64,000 nucleotides of DNA. Source: Phoronis australis. Taxonomy: Eukaryota; Animalia; Phoronida. The stretch spans positions 62,001-126,000 of the forward strand of contig NMRA01000666.1 in the NCBI GenBank assembly GCA_002633005.1, in the 5' to 3' direction. Shown piece by piece: positions 60,531-64,000 of the stretch (its first letter is position 1; each line of letters begins with the position of its first letter). Position numbers and translations under genes: made by a program. The notes below the pieces were generated by a model. It saw only the letters and a program-made list of their open reading frames with translations, did not search any database and was not told the origin of the DNA.

Positions 60531-63500
60531 CTGAAACAAAAACATTAAAAACAATGAAAATTCTTGTTTCTTGCCCACATTAAAACATAATGATCAGATA
60601 ATACATGCCCGAATTTTGAGAGCCAGTTTTCGTCATTGAAAAACGGGCATCAAACTGGTTCTTAAAATATGGGCACATTGTATCCAGCTATTGCCCACCC
60701 AAGTCCAGGATGGTATCTCCACGCACCAGATTCCACCCAGATTCAGGCTTGAAATTTAACCAAAAATAAATTTATAACTTTACTCATTGTTCGAGTACGG
60801 AGATTTGACTCCAGGTCACCTTTATCTAACTGAGATACCACTGTGTTATGTTTATAATACCAGTTTGCACAAAAATGATATTTGACAAATTTACATTAAA
60901 GCAAAAAATTTTGGCTATTTTGCACTCGACTACCTTGTGGGTTGTTGTAATATATTCGACCAAGGCAGTCATATTTCCACCAATTTTTTGCTAATATAAT
61001 CAACTCAAAATTTACTGGTGTTGACAAAACATTCCCACAGCATCAACATATATCATTCCATATAAAGAAATGATGACTAAGTACTGAGAATTAGGGACAC
61101 ATGATCACCATTCCTAAAACAAAACCATTAACTGAGTAATGGCTTCTGAAACATGATTCATGATTCAGCAAGGTTTGCATTTGCAAGGATCCAGTAATAA
61201 CAATCCACCACAGTATGTACATGCTAATGTGAAAATGGGCCATGGACCTATGGTGAAAATCCTGCAGTTTGATACAGTCTCTAAAATTTGGTACACGGAA
61301 ATCAGAAATTGAACTTTCTTCGTTTAATCTGAAGGATACGGACAATTTCGACATTAATGATATTTCCCAAATTTCAAACATTGTATCATCAAAGATAGCT
61401 GCTAACGCAACAACGAGGAGACTGGTCGTTTGTCATTGATCATACATTCTAGAATTTATGACGGTCAACACTGCATATTCCTAAAATTTGGTACAATTTC
61501 CAAACTTGACCAAAATATAGTTTTTTCATTGTCCTACACAGGAAATTTTTGCCGCGGTAGTATTTCTACTTCACTGGGTGCACCATTTGTGTTCTTTCAA
61601 GTCTCCCACAAGAGGCATAAGTGACCACCTGAAAAATGTTCTCCATCATAAAACCCCAAAGCTGACATTTTCAGTAGCAGTGTACTTTTGTCCTGTACTA
61701 GTACACAATTCTTTTCTCACAAGCTGTGCAATTCCTTTCCTATGCACACACCAAATTCTTTTCAAAGCAAAATGCATTTTCTTTTCTCATGGCCCACAGT
61801 TGTTCTCTTCATTCTCTGACAGGCATGAATTAATGCAATACTCTGCCCAAGACAACAGAACGACTGATTCACTACTGAAGAAAGTTAGGATTACAAGAAA
61901 TCACTGCCGTGCGTACTTAAGGTTACGTGTACCCCTGATTAAAATGCTGTCTTCTTGAAATATCAAGCATCTAGCCACTGTCAATTCATAAAGTACATAT
62001 TTTCTGAAACAAAGATATGGGACAAATCTAATCACTGCCATTCACAACACTGTACCATTCTCGTGGTCATGTGCTTTTGACAAAAATGTCATTTTTGAAA
62101 GGTATATATTAAAAGGGAAAAAGTCCTTTCACTAGTATTCACATTTTCGGTACTAAACATTGATGAAAATGCTTCAAACCAGTGTATTTTATTTTCCACA
62201 GTTAGCGCCGATGTTTCTAATGGTATGTTTGAGCTAAAGTGGCATTCAATATTCATTTTTTGGCAGCTGAGACATCGTAAGAAATTGACTGGGGGGAGAA
62301 ACGCCGGCAAACTGACTATGAAAACTGTAAGAAGACACAGCAGAGGAAACACAATTGATTAATTCCTCTTGACGACCAGATACCTCATTAACCACCTGAT
62401 AGTTTGTGACGGTAATTGCCAAATCAGCAACTTACAAGGTTTCACACACTTGAGTTATAACTTGACAAGGCCAAGTCAAGTCAAGTCAGGGTTTTTTAGC
62501 AGACTGCAAAAAGACTCCTGCATACAGCAATATCTACTGGTATTACAAGTAATCTAAAAATAACTACTTTCCGAGCATAAAATGTAAAACGGTGACAGTA
62601 ACAATAGGAAGTGCCCAGGATCTAACAATCAGTGAAGAATTCATTTTATACAGGGTTGTTTGACTGGAATGCATAGCAAGTTGAAGATTACTGACAGGCC
62701 AACTGGTTCAAAGTGATGCTTGCAACTCGAGTGCTGAACTTTGAATCAAACTAAGGTCTTACGGACAGCTCACTTGTGTTATCAGCTGGCATGCGGGCAT
62801 TAAAAATGTCATATCTGCACACAACCACCAGTATCTTGCTGTAGAGATCAGCACAATGGGGGACATCAAAACTTAGAAATTAACATTAAAATGAAGGCAT
62901 GACCATTATGATAAGAATTTTTGTTATTTACTATGTGCAAGAAAGGCAACCGATTGAAGAAGTGTGGCCAATTCTTACAATGCATCAGTTCAATGCTGGC
63001 CTACGCTAAATTGGGCTCCATAATTATCACATTATACCGTTCCCAGACGGGATACCTTATTCACGGTATGCGAGGGCCATCAGCGAAAATCTGTAGTCCA
63101 CTAGATGAGAAATCAGCATAAATATTTCTAAGACCAGGATGGACCATTCAGGCAAACACGATGCAGGAGATGACGTACAATAACTCACCAGAGACTGCAG
63201 GGAATAGATTGATCAATCAACGGCCACAATGTCTGTAACATTTGATGTTGATGCACCATGCCTGTGAAGTGTTTAGTTTTCTTTTATTGCCAACACATTT
63301 ATGCTTCTTCTTCACATGAAATTTTAAGTAATTGCTTGCCAAAATTCTTTCTGCTGACTGATGATTGCACTGGTGGCTTGATACAAGACAATGAAAAAAT
63401 TGTTTTGTCTAGATGTCTGACAAATTATTGTAACTAGGTCCCCAAGCATACCTATGCACAAGTGCCCTCTAATGTTTAGAAGTAAAAATAAAACATGGTC

Positions 63501-64000
63501 ACTTCCCAATCACCTTTTACAAAAGTTAGTCAGTCATGCTAACAACACCTGAGTATGTACAAGAGGACAGAGTCCCAAGTGACGCACCCAGAAACTCAGA
63601 ATGCATCTTCTAATAAGCTTAATCGCAGCATGTGACCTAGACACATAGCTTCAGGTGAACACAATCAGACATCCTTTTAATAAGTATTCTCACTTTATTC
63701 AGTAATGGTGGTTATGATCAAACAGTGAATTGGAGTTAAAATAGACATAAGTGGTTCAGCACCAACCGGAAAGAGAATACAATTAGTACAAGTGGTTGTT
63801 TGAAAACTTGAAACATGCAGATAAGGCACCACTGCAGAAATGTCAGTTGACAAAAAAAATGAAATAGAAAGTAACTCCATTTTTGTTAAATTAAGTATCA
63901 TATCTTTATCTGAAGACGTGACATTACTATTAGTTATTCATGCCAGACTAAATTTTAGAGAATCGTAAAATCATACTTCAAGTTACTAAATGATTCAATT

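Noticed and set aside
60531-64000. Short ORFs that might be upstream ARL8 exons
   Set aside because: None encodes the ARL8 P-loop or switch I sequence; treated as intron.

Overview
Eukaryotic, intron-rich animal genomic DNA, probably a marine invertebrate (inferred from gene and repeat content); it is not prokaryotic. Most ORF-track entries are spurious, so gene models were rebuilt by hand from splice signals and reading-frame phase. Genes, left to right: an orphan phase-1/1 kringle exon (+, 2783-3070); a single-coding-exon RING/B-box/B-box/coiled-coil/NHL TRIM E3 ligase (+, 12650-14608); a 2-exon rolling-stone-like membrane protein (+, 18423-24459); an 18-coding-exon MDM1 centriolar protein gene (-, 27334-46328); LLPH (+, 49347-53397), head-to-head with MDM1 across a short NRF1/ETS promoter; and the last four coding exons of ARL8 (-, 56663-60530). 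Repeats include decayed DIRS-like and HERO/NeSL-like retroelements, CR1/L2 3' ends, a deleted piggyBac, hAT-like elements with 6- and 7-bp TSDs, a Harbinger-like MITE, long foldbacks, minisatellites, and two duplications next to single Ns that are probably haplotype artefacts. I found no clearly new multi-gene system. The most unusual structures are a near-perfect inverted duplication of a promoter-like segment in LLPH intron 1, an intronic array of duplicated 5' splice sites in ARL8, paired in-frame GC/GT donors in MDM1, and the MDM1-LLPH-ARL8 linkage.
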